The notes under the pieces are model-generated. The model had not been told where the DNA came from and did not search any database. It worked only from the letters and a program-made list of their open reading frames with translations. A program made the position numbers and the translations under genes. From contig JAXLYX010000009.1 of assembly GCA_046351215.1 (NCBI GenBank), positions 95,758 to 159,757 on the forward strand: a stretch of DNA of 64,000 nt, read 5' to 3'. This document shows positions 9,082 to 18,401 of this stretch, piece by piece (the first letter of the stretch is position 1; every line of letters starts with the position of its first letter). Source of the DNA: Polyangiales bacterium (lineage in GTDB: Bacteria; Myxococcota_A; Polyangia; Polyangiales; Houyiibacteriaceae).

Positions 9082-9108
9082 GCGGGCCGCGACGCGGGCC
9101 CACGCTCA
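9079..9108. terminator. putative bidirectional hairpin between convergent genes
   Basis: The sequence is TGAGCGGGCCGCGACGCGGGCCCACGCTCA. It forms a 5+5 bp stem with a 2-nt bulge and an 8-nt loop. The outermost base pairs are the two stop codons, TGA at 9079 and the complement of TCA at 9106. There is no U-tract. Confidence 0.35.
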
Positions 9109-10623
9109 GGCGAGGAAGAGGCGGTACGCGGGATTCTCCGACTCCTGCGTGTGCTCGTATCCGAGCTCGACGAGGAATCGCTCGAACGCCTCGACTTCCT
9201 CGCCCGGCACCTGCAGCCCCGCGAGCACCCGGCCGTAGGCCGCTCCGTGGTTGCGGTAGTGGAAGAGGCTGATGTTCCAGCGGCCGGCGAGGCGGGTGAG
9301 GAAGTTGCTGAGCGCCCCCGGTCGCTCGGGGAATTCGAAGCGGACGATGCGCTCGTCTCGCAGGCCCGGGACCCGGCCTCCGACCATGAACCGCACGTGC
9401 AGGCCGGCGAGCTCGTTGCCCGTGAGGTCGACGACGGGGAAGCCCGCGCCCTCGAGCCGTCCGAGGACCTGATCGCGTCCGCGAAGCCCGTCGGGCAGGC
9501 CGATGCCGACGAAGACGTGGGCCAGCTTCGGATCGGCGTAGCGGTAGTTGAACTCGGTGATCGCGCGATCCCCGAGGCAGTGCAGGAACTCGAGGAAGCT
9601 GCCGGGGCGCTCGGGGATCTCGACGGCGAGGAGGGCCTCGCGGTGCTCGCCGATCTCGGCACGCTCGACCACGTGGCGGAGGCGATCGAAGTTCACGTTC
9701 GCCCCGGATTCGATGGCGACGAGGGTCTTGCCCGTCACGCCCCGCTCCTCGACCCACCGCTTGAGGCCGGCGACCGCGAGCGCGCCCGCCGGCTCCGCGA
9801 GCGTGCGCGTGGCCTCGAAGACGTCCTTCATCGCGCCGCAGATCTCGTCGGTCGAGACGAGGACGACCTCGTCGACGTAGGCGCGCGCGAGCTCGAAGGG
9901 CAGCTGGCCGACCTGCTTCACGGCGACGCCGTCGGCGAAGAGGCCCACGCGCTCGAGGACGGTGCGGCGTCCGTCGCGCAGCGCCGCGTGGAGGCAGGCC
10001 GCGTCGTCCGGCTCGACGCCGATCACGCGGACCTCCGGGTAGAGGGCCTTCACGTAGGCCGCGACGCCGGCGACGAGGCCGCCGCCACCGACGGGCACGA
10101 AGATCGCGTCGAGCGGACCCCGATGCTGGCGCAGGATCTCGAGGGCGACCGTGCCCTGGCCGGCGATCACGTCGAGGTCGTCGTAGGGGTGCACGAAGAC
10201 GAGGCCTTCGCTCTCGCCGATGCGTCGGGCCGCGGCGTAGGCGTCGTCGTAGGAATCGCCTTCGAGCACGACCTCGGCCCCGCGTGCCCGCACCGCCTCG
10301 ACCTTGATGCTCGGGGTCGTGCGCGGCATCGCGATCACCGCGCGCACGCCGAGCCGCTGGGCGGCGAGGGCGACGCCCTGCGCGTGGTTGCCGGCCGAGG
10401 CGGCGATGACCCCGCGGCCCCGCTCCTCCGGCGAGAGATGGGCCATGCGGTTGTACGCGCCCCGGATCTTGAACGAGAACACGCCGGGATGGGCGTCCTC
10501 GCGCTTCAGGAAGACCTCGTTGCCGAGCTCGCGCGAGAGCTTCGGCGCCGGATCGAGCGGGGTCTCCGAGACCACGTCGTAGACGCGGGCTTTCAGGATC
10601 CGCTCCAGCATTCGGTCGGCCAT
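9106..10623 (-). CDS. ilvA: biosynthetic threonine ammonia-lyase (threonine dehydratase)
   Basis: 505 aa. The PLP site reads FLKREDAHPGVFSFKIRGAYN, followed by ASAGNHAQGVALAA. There are two C-terminal ACT-like regulatory repeats (ALLAVEIPERPGSF.EF and IVRFEFPERPGALSNFL). Confidence 0.92.
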   Translation of the reverse strand: MADRMLERILKARVYDVVSETPLDPAPKLSRELGNEVFLKREDAHPGVFSFKIRGAYNRMAHLSPEERGRGVIAASAGNHAQGVALAAQRLGVRAVIAMPRTTPSIKVEAVRARGAEVVLEGDSYDDAYAAARRIGESEGLVFVHPYDDLDVIAGQGTVALEILRQHRGPLDAIFVPVGGGGLVAGVAAYVKALYPEVRVIGVEPDDAACLHAALRDGRRTVLERVGLFADGVAVKQVGQLPFELARAYVDEVVLVSTDEICGAMKDVFEATRTLAEPAGALAVAGLKRWVEERGVTGKTLVAIESGANVNFDRLRHVVERAEIGEHREALLAVEIPERPGSFLEFLHCLGDRAITEFNYRYADPKLAHVFVGIGLPDGLRGRDQVLGRLEGAGFPVVDLTGNELAGLHVRFMVGGRVPGLRDERIVRFEFPERPGALSNFLTRLAGRWNISLFHYRNHGAAYGRVLAGLQVPGEEVEAFERFLVELGYEHTQESENPAYRLFLA

Positions 10624-10678
10624 GGCCGAACGCTAGCAGGTCATCCGCGGCGCCGCCTTCCGTGGACGGAAGCGGAAC

Positions 10679-10707
10679 GGGCCGCCTCCCTCGGGGAGAT
10701 GCGGCCC
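10679..10707 (-). terminator. GC-rich hairpin downstream of the SulP gene and upstream of ilvA
   Basis: GGGCCGC (10679..10685) pairs with GCGGCCC (10701..10707), and there is an inner CTCC/GGAG stem. It lies 28-56 nt past the SulP stop. With no U-tract, it could be a terminator or an ilvA leader structure. Confidence 0.3.
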
Positions 10708-10734
10708 GTCGCGCGGCGCGGAGAGCTGCTCCGC

Positions 10735-12375
10735 TCAGGCGGCCGAGCCACCCGGGGCCGGAGCGGCGGAGAGGCGGCGCGCGGCGAGCTTGTGGCCCGA
10801 GACCGCCTCGTGCTTGTCGAGGCCCGCGAGCACGAGCGCGCGCCCCTGCGAGGCGAGCTCTTCCTGGAGGTCGTGGAGGCGCTCCATCGTCGTGTGGTCG
10901 ACGAGGGTCGTCTGCGACATGTCGAGCACCACGCGTTGAGTCGTCGTGCGCTGGATCTTGCCCTTGAGGTTCAGGTAGTTGCTGAAGATGAGGGCGCTCT
11001 CGAAGCGGAACGTGGTGGTGTCGCCCTCGACCTCCTGGGTCTCGGTCGTCGTGAAGAAGTGGGCGATGGGCACGCCGCGCGTCATGTGGACGAAGAACTT
11101 GAGCGCGATGCCCGCGAAGACGCCGACGAGGAGGTCCGTCGCCAGGGTGACGACCATCGTCGTGACGAAGATCATCAGCTGCTCGCGGCCGATCTCGAGG
11201 GTGTGCGCGAACTCCTTCGGCGAGGCGAGGCGCAGGCCGGTGTAGACGAGCATGCCGCCGAGCGCGGCGAGCGGGATCATCTGGAGGAGGCCCGGGATGA
11301 GGGCGACCGCGAGGAGCAGGAACGCGCCGTGGAAGAAGTTCGACCACTGGCTCCTCGCGCCGTTCGCGATGTTCGCCGAGCTACGGACGATCTCCGAGAT
11401 CATCGGCAGGCCACCGAGGCTCGCCGAGACGAGGTTGCCCACGCCCTGCGCGAGGAGGTCCTTGTTCATGTCCGCGCGGCGACGCATCGGATCGAGGGCG
11501 TCCACCGCCTTCGCGCTCGCGACCGACTCGATGCTGCCGATGAGGCAGAACATCACGATGTACTTGATCGAGGCGCCCGAGGTGATCGCCGAGAAGTCCG
11601 GGAAGACGATGGCGTCGAGGAGCTGGCCCGGGAGCTTCACGAGCAGCGAGGGCGCGACCGTGTAGTCGTGGCCGCTGAAGTGGATCGTGTGCTCGTGCGA
11701 GAAGCCGAAGTAGGTCGCGAGAGGCACCGAGACGAGCACGACCACCATCTGGGCGGGGAGCTTCTTGATCTTCGCGGTCGCCGGGATGTAGAGCCAGCCG
11801 AAGAGGATCACGAGCGCGAGCGCGCCGATGAGGGCGACCGGCGGGTTCAGGTGCTTGATCGCCTCGGGCATGCCGGCGATGAGCTCGAGCGGCTCCTTCA
11901 CCGTCGGGACGACGCCGACGACCGCGTAGAGCTGCTTCGAGAAGATGATGACGCCGATGGCCGCGAGCATCCCGTGGATCACCGAGGACGGGAAGAAGTC
12001 GGCGAGCTTGCCCGCCTTCACGAAGGCGAAGACGATCTGGATCAGGGCCGAGACGACGCCGACGGCCAGCATGCGCTTGTACCCGACGGCCGTGTCGCCC
12101 CCCTCCGGCGTGAGCTCCGTCACGGCGCCGAGGACGATCGCGATGAGGCCGGCGGCGGGGCCCTTGATCGTCAGCGGGGCGCTGCCGAGGTGGGAGGAGA
12201 GGATGCCGCCGACGATCGCCGTGATGATGCCGGCGATGGGCGGGCAGCCGCTCGCCTTGGCGATGCCCAGGCAGAGAGGAAGCGCGATCAGGAAGACGAG
12301 GAAGCCGGAGAGCAGATCCGACTTCCAGTTTTCCTGGAACGTGCCGTATCCGGACTGAGCGAGGGGGTTGGCCAT
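10735..12375 (-). CDS. SulP family inorganic anion transporter with C-terminal STAS domain
   Basis: 546 aa. The N-terminus DLLSGFLVFLIALPLCLGIAKASGCPPIAGIITAIVGG is the SulP signature region. The C-terminus TTFRFESALIFSNYLNLKG...VVLDMSQTTLVDHTTMERL is STAS-like. Confidence 0.9.
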   Translation of the reverse strand: MANPLAQSGYGTFQENWKSDLLSGFLVFLIALPLCLGIAKASGCPPIAGIITAIVGGILSSHLGSAPLTIKGPAAGLIAIVLGAVTELTPEGGDTAVGYKRMLAVGVVSALIQIVFAFVKAGKLADFFPSSVIHGMLAAIGVIIFSKQLYAVVGVVPTVKEPLELIAGMPEAIKHLNPPVALIGALALVILFGWLYIPATAKIKKLPAQMVVVLVSVPLATYFGFSHEHTIHFSGHDYTVAPSLLVKLPGQLLDAIVFPDFSAITSGASIKYIVMFCLIGSIESVASAKAVDALDPMRRRADMNKDLLAQGVGNLVSASLGGLPMISEIVRSSANIANGARSQWSNFFHGAFLLLAVALIPGLLQMIPLAALGGMLVYTGLRLASPKEFAHTLEIGREQLMIFVTTMVVTLATDLLVGVFAGIALKFFVHMTRGVPIAHFFTTTETQEVEGDTTTFRFESALIFSNYLNLKGKIQRTTTQRVVLDMSQTTLVDHTTMERLHDLQEELASQGRALVLAGLDKHEAVSGHKLAARRLSAAPAPGGSAA

Positions 12376-12606
12376 GAGGGGGTCCTGGGAGGTGCGTCGC
12401 CTCGCGACCTACGGCAAGCGCCTTCGGGGAGGGATCCAGGACCAAACCTAGGTAGAGGCTGGTTTCGCGGCAAATGACGTTATCGTAAGGAAGAATCGTC
12501 GAGAATCTTCGTATTTCCCGAACGTTTCGCCGCCATTTCGAAGGCGATCCGCGGCTCCGACGCAGGCGTCGGACCTCGGCTATGCTCGGGGCCGGAGTCG
12601 CTACCC

Positions 12607-13476
12607 ATGGATGTCGGATTCGTCGGCCTCGGTATCATGGGCCTCCCGATGGCGAGGAATCTCGCCCGTGGGGGTCATCGCCTTCACCTCTTCGCGCGTC
12701 GGCCCGAAGCGCTCGCCGCCTTCGAGGGCACGGATGCGGTCGCCCACGCGAGCCCTTCCGACGTGGGCCGCGCGGCGTCGATCGTCTTCACGATCCTCGG
12801 GGACACGCCCGACGTCGAGGCCGTCCTGCTCGGGCGCGACGGGGTCGCCGGAGGGATGGCCGAGGGCGGCCTCGTGATCGACATGACGACGGCTTCGCCC
12901 TCCGGCATCCGGAGCGTCGCTCGCGCGCTCGAGGAGCGGGGCATCGACTTCCTCGACGCGCCCGTCTCGGGAGGCCAGATCGGGGCCGAGCAGGGCACGC
13001 TCTCGATCATGATCGGCGGCTCGGGCTCCGCCGTCGAAAGGGCCCGACCGCTCTTCGAGCTCCTCGGCAAGAACGTCGTCCACGTCGGACCGAGCGGCGC
13101 CGGGCAGGTCGCGAAGGCCTGCAACCAGATCCTCGCGGCCGTGACCATCGAGGGCGTGGCCGAGGCCCTGACCTTCGCGGGGGCCCACGGCGTCGACGCG
13201 GCCAAGGTCCGCGAGGCGCTTCTCGGCGGCTTCGCCTACAGCAAGGTCCTCGAGATCCACGGCAAGCGGATGCTCGACGGGGCGTACGCGCCCGGCTTCA
13301 AGGCGAAGCTGCACGCGAAGGACATGCGCATCGTGCGCGCCTCCGCCGCCGAGGCCGGCCTCGACCTCCCCTGCGCCGAGGCCGCGAGCGAGCGCATCGA
13401 TCGGCTCGTCGCCGAAGGGAAGGGCGAGCTCGACTCGTCGGCCCTCGCCACCCTCTTCGAGCGCGGGAAGGCGTAG
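12607..13476 (+). CDS. NAD(P)-dependent 3-hydroxyisobutyrate / 2-hydroxy-3-oxopropionate reductase family dehydrogenase
   Basis: The Rossmann start is MDVGFVGLGIMGLPMARNL. Other strings are DAPVSGGQIGAEQGTLSIMIGG, GAGQVAKACNQIL and the catalytic-Lys region KDMRI. Confidence 0.88.
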   Translation: MDVGFVGLGIMGLPMARNLARGGHRLHLFARRPEALAAFEGTDAVAHASPSDVGRAASIVFTILGDTPDVEAVLLGRDGVAGGMAEGGLVIDMTTASPSGIRSVARALEERGIDFLDAPVSGGQIGAEQGTLSIMIGGSGSAVERARPLFELLGKNVVHVGPSGAGQVAKACNQILAAVTIEGVAEALTFAGAHGVDAAKVREALLGGFAYSKVLEIHGKRMLDGAYAPGFKAKLHAKDMRIVRASAAEAGLDLPCAEAASERIDRLVAEGKGELDSSALATLFERGKA

Positions 13477-13492
13477 CGATCGGCTTCCGAAG

Positions 13493-13514
13493 ACGCGTGA
13501 AACGCGTTCTAGAA
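13493..13514. promoter_or_regulatory. paired palindromes upstream of the FAD-oxidoreductase operon
   Basis: ACGCGT-GAA-ACGCGT (13493..13507) is fused to the perfect palindrome TTCTAGAA (13507..13514). It sits in the 64-bp gap between the dehydrogenase stop and ATG 13541. It could be an operator or a weak terminator. Confidence 0.3.
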
Positions 13515-13540
13515 CCGGCTAGGCTCCCTCGCACGGAGGC

Positions 13541-15211
13541 ATGACGATGGTCCTGCGCGGCGTGACGAGCTTCGATCGGGAGACGGACTTCGTGGTGATG
13601 GGGACGGGGGCCGGTGGGCTCCTCGCCGCGATCGCCGCCAAGGACCTCGGCGCGGACGTGATCGTCCTCGAGAAGGCCCCCGTCGTCGGCGGCACGACCG
13701 CGGTCTCGGGCGGGGTGATCTGGATCCCGACGAACCCTCACATGGCCGAGGTCGGCTGCACCGACGATCGGCAGACCGCGATCGACTACATCCTGCTCGT
13801 CGGCGCCGGACGCAGCGAGCGCGCGCTCGTCGAGCGCTACGTCGACGCCGGCCCCGAGATGGTGGAGTGGGTCGAGGCGAACACGAGCGTGCGCTTCGAG
13901 GCCCTGCCGACGTATCCCGACTACCACCCCGAGCTCCCGGGCGGGAAGAACGGCGGGCGCTCCCTCGACAACGGGCTCTTCGACACGAACGAGCTCGGCG
14001 AGTGGAAGGAGAAGCTGCGCAAGAACCCCGTGAACGGCCGCTCGCCGATCACGATCGCCGAGGCGATGCGCTGGGGCGTCTTCTACGATCCGACCGGCTT
14101 CCCGGTGAAGGAGATCATCGAGCGCGGGAAGAAGGGCATCGTCCACGGTGGGGCCTGCCTCTGCGGCAAGCTGCTCCGCGATCTGCTCGCGCGGGGCGTC
14201 GAGCCGATGCTCGAGACCGCGGGCGAAGAGCTCGTGCTCGGCGAGGACGAATCGGTGATCGGCCTCGTCGCGCGGCGCGGCGAGGAGAGGATCGCGATCC
14301 GCGCGAGGAAGGGCGTGCTGCTCGCGAGCGGCGGCTTCGAATGGGACGACGCGCTCCGCCGCGCGTTCCTGCCCATCGATGTCACCCATCCCGTGAGCCC
14401 TCGCTCGAACACGGGCGACGGATTGCGCATGGCGATGAGCATCGGCGCCGAGCTCGGGAACATGGGCGAGGCGTGGTGGACTCCCGCCGTCGTCGTGCCG
14501 GGCGAGCAGTACGACGGTGGCCAGCTCGCACGCAGCGAGTTCTCGGTCCGCTGCCTGCCCCACTCGATCATCGTGAACCGCTACGGCAGGCGCTTCACGA
14601 ACGAGTCTCACAACTACAACGACATGACGAAGCCCTTCTTCCACCACGATCCGACGACCTACGATCGTCCGAACATGCCCGCGTGGCTCGTGGTGGACTC
14701 GCAGTACCTCGAGAAGTACGCGCTGGTCACCGCCTTCCGCGGCCGTCCGATCCCCGACTACATCACGTCGGCCGAGACGCTCGAGGAGCTCGCGGCGAAG
14801 GTGGGCATCGATCCCGTCGGGCTCCGCGCCGAGGTGGACCGGTTCAACGGCTTCGCACGCGAAGGCGTCGACCGCGATTTCCGCCGCGGATGGAGCGCGT
14901 TCGACACGTACTACGGCGATCCGCGCAACGCACCGAGCCCGAGCCTCGGCACCCTCGAGAAGGGGCCCTTCCACGCGCTCCCGATCCATCCGGGGGCGAT
15001 GGGCACGAAGGGCGGCCCGAAGACGACGGTCGACGGCCAGGTGCTCCGCGTCGGCGGCGAGCCGGTGCGCGGCCTCTACGCCTGCGGCAACGCGATGTCG
15101 AGCGCGATGGGCCATGGCTATCCGGGGGCCGGCGCGACGATCGGCGCTTCGATGGTCTTCGGCTTCCTCGCGGCGCGCCACGCGGTGGGGACGGCGCGAG
15201 AGGGCGCGTGA
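13541..15211 (+). CDS. FAD-dependent oxidoreductase (KstD / fumarate-reductase flavoprotein-like)
   Basis: 556 aa. The N-terminal dinucleotide fold reads DFVVMGTGAGGLLAAIAAKDLGADVIVLEKAPVVGGTTAVSGGVIW. The C-terminus reads GLYACGNAMSS.MGHGYPGAGATIG. Confidence 0.85.
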   Translation: MTMVLRGVTSFDRETDFVVMGTGAGGLLAAIAAKDLGADVIVLEKAPVVGGTTAVSGGVIWIPTNPHMAEVGCTDDRQTAIDYILLVGAGRSERALVERYVDAGPEMVEWVEANTSVRFEALPTYPDYHPELPGGKNGGRSLDNGLFDTNELGEWKEKLRKNPVNGRSPITIAEAMRWGVFYDPTGFPVKEIIERGKKGIVHGGACLCGKLLRDLLARGVEPMLETAGEELVLGEDESVIGLVARRGEERIAIRARKGVLLASGGFEWDDALRRAFLPIDVTHPVSPRSNTGDGLRMAMSIGAELGNMGEAWWTPAVVVPGEQYDGGQLARSEFSVRCLPHSIIVNRYGRRFTNESHNYNDMTKPFFHHDPTTYDRPNMPAWLVVDSQYLEKYALVTAFRGRPIPDYITSAETLEELAAKVGIDPVGLRAEVDRFNGFAREGVDRDFRRGWSAFDTYYGDPRNAPSPSLGTLEKGPFHALPIHPGAMGTKGGPKTTVDGQVLRVGGEPVRGLYACGNAMSSAMGHGYPGAGATIGASMVFGFLAARHAVGTAREGA

Positions 15212-16188
15212 GCGAGAGGGAGCGCGTCCTGATCGTGGGCGAAGGCTGCGTCGGAGCCTACCTCGCACGCCAGCTCGCGCGCTCGGGGACCGGGCTCGAG
15301 GTCGTGCTCGCGGGGCGGCCGGGCCGGGTCGAGCCGCATCCGACCGTCGCAGGGATCGTCGCTCGCTACGGCCTCGCGCGCGTCGCCGGGCTCGAGCGTC
15401 TCGAGCAGCGCGCCTTCCGCTTCGTCGTGCTCGCGACGAAGACCTACCACCACGAGGCGGTCGCGGCGGATCTCGCACGCGCGGGCGTCACCGCCGAGCT
15501 CGTGGTCTCGCTGCACAACGGACTCACGCGCCCTCCGCGCACGCCCTGGCCCGCGCCGATGGTCCGCGTGATCACGCCCGGAGGCTACGCCTTCGATCCC
15601 TCGCTGCCCGACGGCCTCGAGCTGCACAACGAGGAGCTGCCCTGGAAGGTCGACGGCGACGGCGAGCGACCGCGTGCGGTCGCATCGTTCCTCTCGGCGC
15701 ACGGCCAGCCCTGCGAGCCGGATCCGCGCTTCGGCTACCAGCTCCTCCGCAAGTTCCACATCAACGATTGCGCGAACCTGCTCACGGTGATCCACGACAC
15801 CGACGTCGCGGGATTGCTCGACGTGCCCGAGCGGGTCGCACGGATGCACCGCATCTTCCACGAGACCTCCGCCGTCCTCGCCGAGACGCGCGAGGTGCCC
15901 GAGCTCGCACGTGTCCTGGACAGCGTCGATCTCGCGGCGCTCGAGGACGAGGTCTTCCGCGGGATCGAGACGTACCGGGCCCATTTCCCGAGCAGCCACC
16001 ACGACTTCCACGCCGGACGCCCGCTCGAGCTCGACGCGCTGAACGGCTACGTGGTCGCGGTCGCCGAGGCGCACGGGCGGCAAGCGCCCGAGAACGCCGC
16101 CGTCGTGCGCGAGACGCTCGAGGCCCTCGCGCGACGGGACGCCGTGGAAAGCGCTCGGCGGAACGCGGTACCCTCGCGGCTCCGATGA
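15208..16188 (+). CDS. ketopantoate reductase (ApbA/PanE) family oxidoreductase
   Basis: This is the C-terminal part of track ORF 13867..16188, starting at GTG 15208. The start overlaps the upstream stop as GTGA. Strings include RVLIVGEGCVGAYLARQLARSG, FVVLATKTYH and SSHHDFHAGRPLELDALNGYVV. Confidence 0.75.
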   Translation: MSERERVLIVGEGCVGAYLARQLARSGTGLEVVLAGRPGRVEPHPTVAGIVARYGLARVAGLERLEQRAFRFVVLATKTYHHEAVAADLARAGVTAELVVSLHNGLTRPPRTPWPAPMVRVITPGGYAFDPSLPDGLELHNEELPWKVDGDGERPRAVASFLSAHGQPCEPDPRFGYQLLRKFHINDCANLLTVIHDTDVAGLLDVPERVARMHRIFHETSAVLAETREVPELARVLDSVDLAALEDEVFRGIETYRAHFPSSHHDFHAGRPLELDALNGYVVAVAEAHGRQAPENAAVVRETLEALARRDAVESARRNAVPSRLR

Positions 16189-17540
16189 TCCGCGAAGCGC
16201 CTCGAGGCCAAGAAGCACCCGTCCTCGGCTCCCTGCCCTACCTGATGCGCGAGGGGATGGTCTCGTACATCGAGCGGAATTGGCGTGCGCGCGGCGACGT
16301 CTTCCGCGCACGCATCGGCTCCGCGGAGTGCCTCGTCACGGTGCATCCCGACGCGGCGCGCGACGTGCTCAAGACCAAGCGCGCCAACTACGTGAAGGGG
16401 CAGGCGTACGACAACTTCCGCCTGCTCGTGGGCAACGGCCTCGTGACGAGCGAGGGCGACGAATGGCAGCGGAACCGGCGCATCGCGCAGCCCGTCTTCG
16501 TGCCGCGGAACCTCGAGTCCTTCCTGCCCGTCATGGATCGCGCGGCGACGCGCATGCTCGCGCGCTGGCGGGCGCGCCCCGATCGCGGGGCGCCCTTCGA
16601 CGTCCACGCCGAGATGACGCAGGTCACGCTCGAGATCGTCGCGGAATCGCTCTTCGGCACCCAGACGGGCGCGGACGAGGTGCACGGCGGGGCCTTCGCG
16701 GACGCGCTCCACTTCCTCTCGGCCCGCGGTCTCCAGCCGATCCCGATCCCCCTGTGGATCCCGACGCCGACGAACCGCGGCGTGCGCTCGGCGCTCGCAC
16801 GGCTCGACGACGTCGTGTACCGGGTCATCCGCGAGGCGCGCTCCCGCGCCCCGAGCGGAGCCCGGAGCTTCCTCTCGCTGCTCGTCTCCGCGCGCGACGA
16901 GATCACGGGACAGGGCTTCGACGATCCGCAGCTCCGGGACGAGGTCATCACGATGTTCCTCGCGGGCCACGAGACCACGGCCCTGACGCTGACGTGGGGC
17001 CTCCTCCTCCTCGCGGACCATCCGGACGTCGTCGCGAGGATCCGCGAGGAGGCCGATGCCGTGCTCGGCTCGGGACCGCTCACGCAGGCCGAGCTCGATC
17101 GCCTCCCCTACACGTCGATGGTCCTCGACGAGATCCTGCGGTTGCGCTCGCCGGTCTGGTCGGTCGCCCGGAACGCGGCAGCGGACGACGAGATCCTCGG
17201 CTACCGGGTGAGGAAGGGCGACACGCTCTTCCTCCCCCAGCTGCTCGTGCACCGTCATCCGGAGTTCTGGGACGAGCCCGAGAGCTTCCGGCCGGAGCGG
17301 TTCGCACCCGGCGCGTCGGCGGGACGCCATCCCTACGCGTACTTCCCCTTCAGCGCGGGGCCGCGGGTCTGCATCGGCAACGTGTTCAGCCTGCTCGAAT
17401 CCCGCCTCCTGCTCGCGCGGATCCTCCGCGAGGTGACGTTCACCGCCGTGCCGGGGCCCGAGATCGTCCCCGTGGCCGAGATCTCGATGCGGCCGTCCGG
17501 GCCCGTGATCCTGAGGCCCGCGTTCCTTCGCGGCGGCTGA
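16185..17540 (+). CDS. cytochrome P450
   Basis: This is the C-terminal part of track ORF 15114..17540, starting at ATG 16185 with an ATGA overlap. The I-helix reads FLAGHETTA, the EXXR element reads LDEILRLRSP, and the heme loop reads FPFSAGPRVCIGNVF. Confidence 0.92.
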   Translation: MIREAPRGQEAPVLGSLPYLMREGMVSYIERNWRARGDVFRARIGSAECLVTVHPDAARDVLKTKRANYVKGQAYDNFRLLVGNGLVTSEGDEWQRNRRIAQPVFVPRNLESFLPVMDRAATRMLARWRARPDRGAPFDVHAEMTQVTLEIVAESLFGTQTGADEVHGGAFADALHFLSARGLQPIPIPLWIPTPTNRGVRSALARLDDVVYRVIREARSRAPSGARSFLSLLVSARDEITGQGFDDPQLRDEVITMFLAGHETTALTLTWGLLLLADHPDVVARIREEADAVLGSGPLTQAELDRLPYTSMVLDEILRLRSPVWSVARNAAADDEILGYRVRKGDTLFLPQLLVHRHPEFWDEPESFRPERFAPGASAGRHPYAYFPFSAGPRVCIGNVFSLLESRLLLARILREVTFTAVPGPEIVPVAEISMRPSGPVILRPAFLRGG

Positions 17541-17584
17541 CGGGATTTGCGATTATGCTCGCGGGCTCGGAGGTTCCCACCGCG

Positions 17585-18352
17585 ATGCATCCGCAGCGTT
17601 TCCTCGTCGTCCTCGCCACTCTCCTCTCGATCGCCCAGGGCTGCTCGATGGGCGAGCCGCCGCCGCCGCCCGCCGCCGCGCACACGCCCGAGCGCGCCGC
17701 GGCGCCGACCCCGCCGCCCGCGGCGCCCACGCCTCCGCCGGCCGCGGCGGCGCCTCCGGCCGCCCCGGCGACGCCGGCGCCGACGGACCAGCTCCTGCCC
17801 CCGCCTGCCGAGGACGAGCGTGCCCCGAACCGCTTCACGGTCGTGCTCGAGACCACGAAGGGGAACATCGAGCTCGACGTCCACCGCGATTGGTCGCCCC
17901 ACGGAGCCGACCGCTTCTACACGCTCGTGAAGCGCGGCTACTACACCGACGTCGCGTTCTTCCGCGTGATCCCGGGCTTCATGGCGCAGGTCGGCCTGCA
18001 CGGCGATCCCCGCGTCACCGTCGCGTGGCGCGAGCACACGATCCCGGACGACCCCGTCGTCGAGCACAACACGCGCGGCCGCGTGAGCTTCGCCACCGCG
18101 GGTCCGAACACGCGCACGACGCAATTCTTCGTCAACTACCGCGACAACTCCCGCCTCGACGGGATGGGCTTCTCGCCCTTCGCCGAGGTGCGTGACATGG
18201 CCGTCGTCGACGCGCTCTTCGGTGGGTACGGCGAGGGACAGCCGCGTGGCATGGGCCCCTCGCAGGGCCTGATCCACGACCAGGGCAACGCCTATCTGCG
18301 CGCGCAGTTCCCGAACCTCGACTACATCCGCAGCGCCCGCGTCGTGCAGTAG
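17585..18352 (+). CDS. cyclophilin-type peptidyl-prolyl isomerase lipoprotein
   Basis: The signal plus lipobox reads MHPQRFLVVLATLLSIAQGC and is followed by a P/A-rich tether. The cyclophilin core reads FTVVLETTKGNIELDV..DWSPHGADRFY.LVKRGYYTDVAFFRVIPGFMAQ.G...GRVSFATAGPNTRTTQFFVN. ATG 17555 is an alternative start. Confidence 0.88.
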   Translation: MHPQRFLVVLATLLSIAQGCSMGEPPPPPAAAHTPERAAAPTPPPAAPTPPPAAAAPPAAPATPAPTDQLLPPPAEDERAPNRFTVVLETTKGNIELDVHRDWSPHGADRFYTLVKRGYYTDVAFFRVIPGFMAQVGLHGDPRVTVAWREHTIPDDPVVEHNTRGRVSFATAGPNTRTTQFFVNYRDNSRLDGMGFSPFAEVRDMAVVDALFGGYGEGQPRGMGPSQGLIHDQGNAYLRAQFPNLDYIRSARVVQ

Positions 18353-18401
18353 GGACGCGCCCGAGAGACGGTCCGCCGGCCCGCTCTGCTACCTTCCTCC
18401 G

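Noticed and set aside
12381-12443. An 8-bp inverted repeat, GGTCCTGG...CCAGGACC, in the SulP leader, considered as a riboswitch or attenuator.
   Set aside because: It is a single short stem enclosing 47 nt, with no further conserved-looking structure and no resemblance to a riboswitch class I know. This is insufficient evidence.
17640-17830. P/A-rich repeats in the cyclophilin gene, considered as a DNA tandem repeat.
   Set aside because: This is a low-complexity proline/alanine tether between the lipobox and the catalytic domain. The DNA shows no exact periodic unit.
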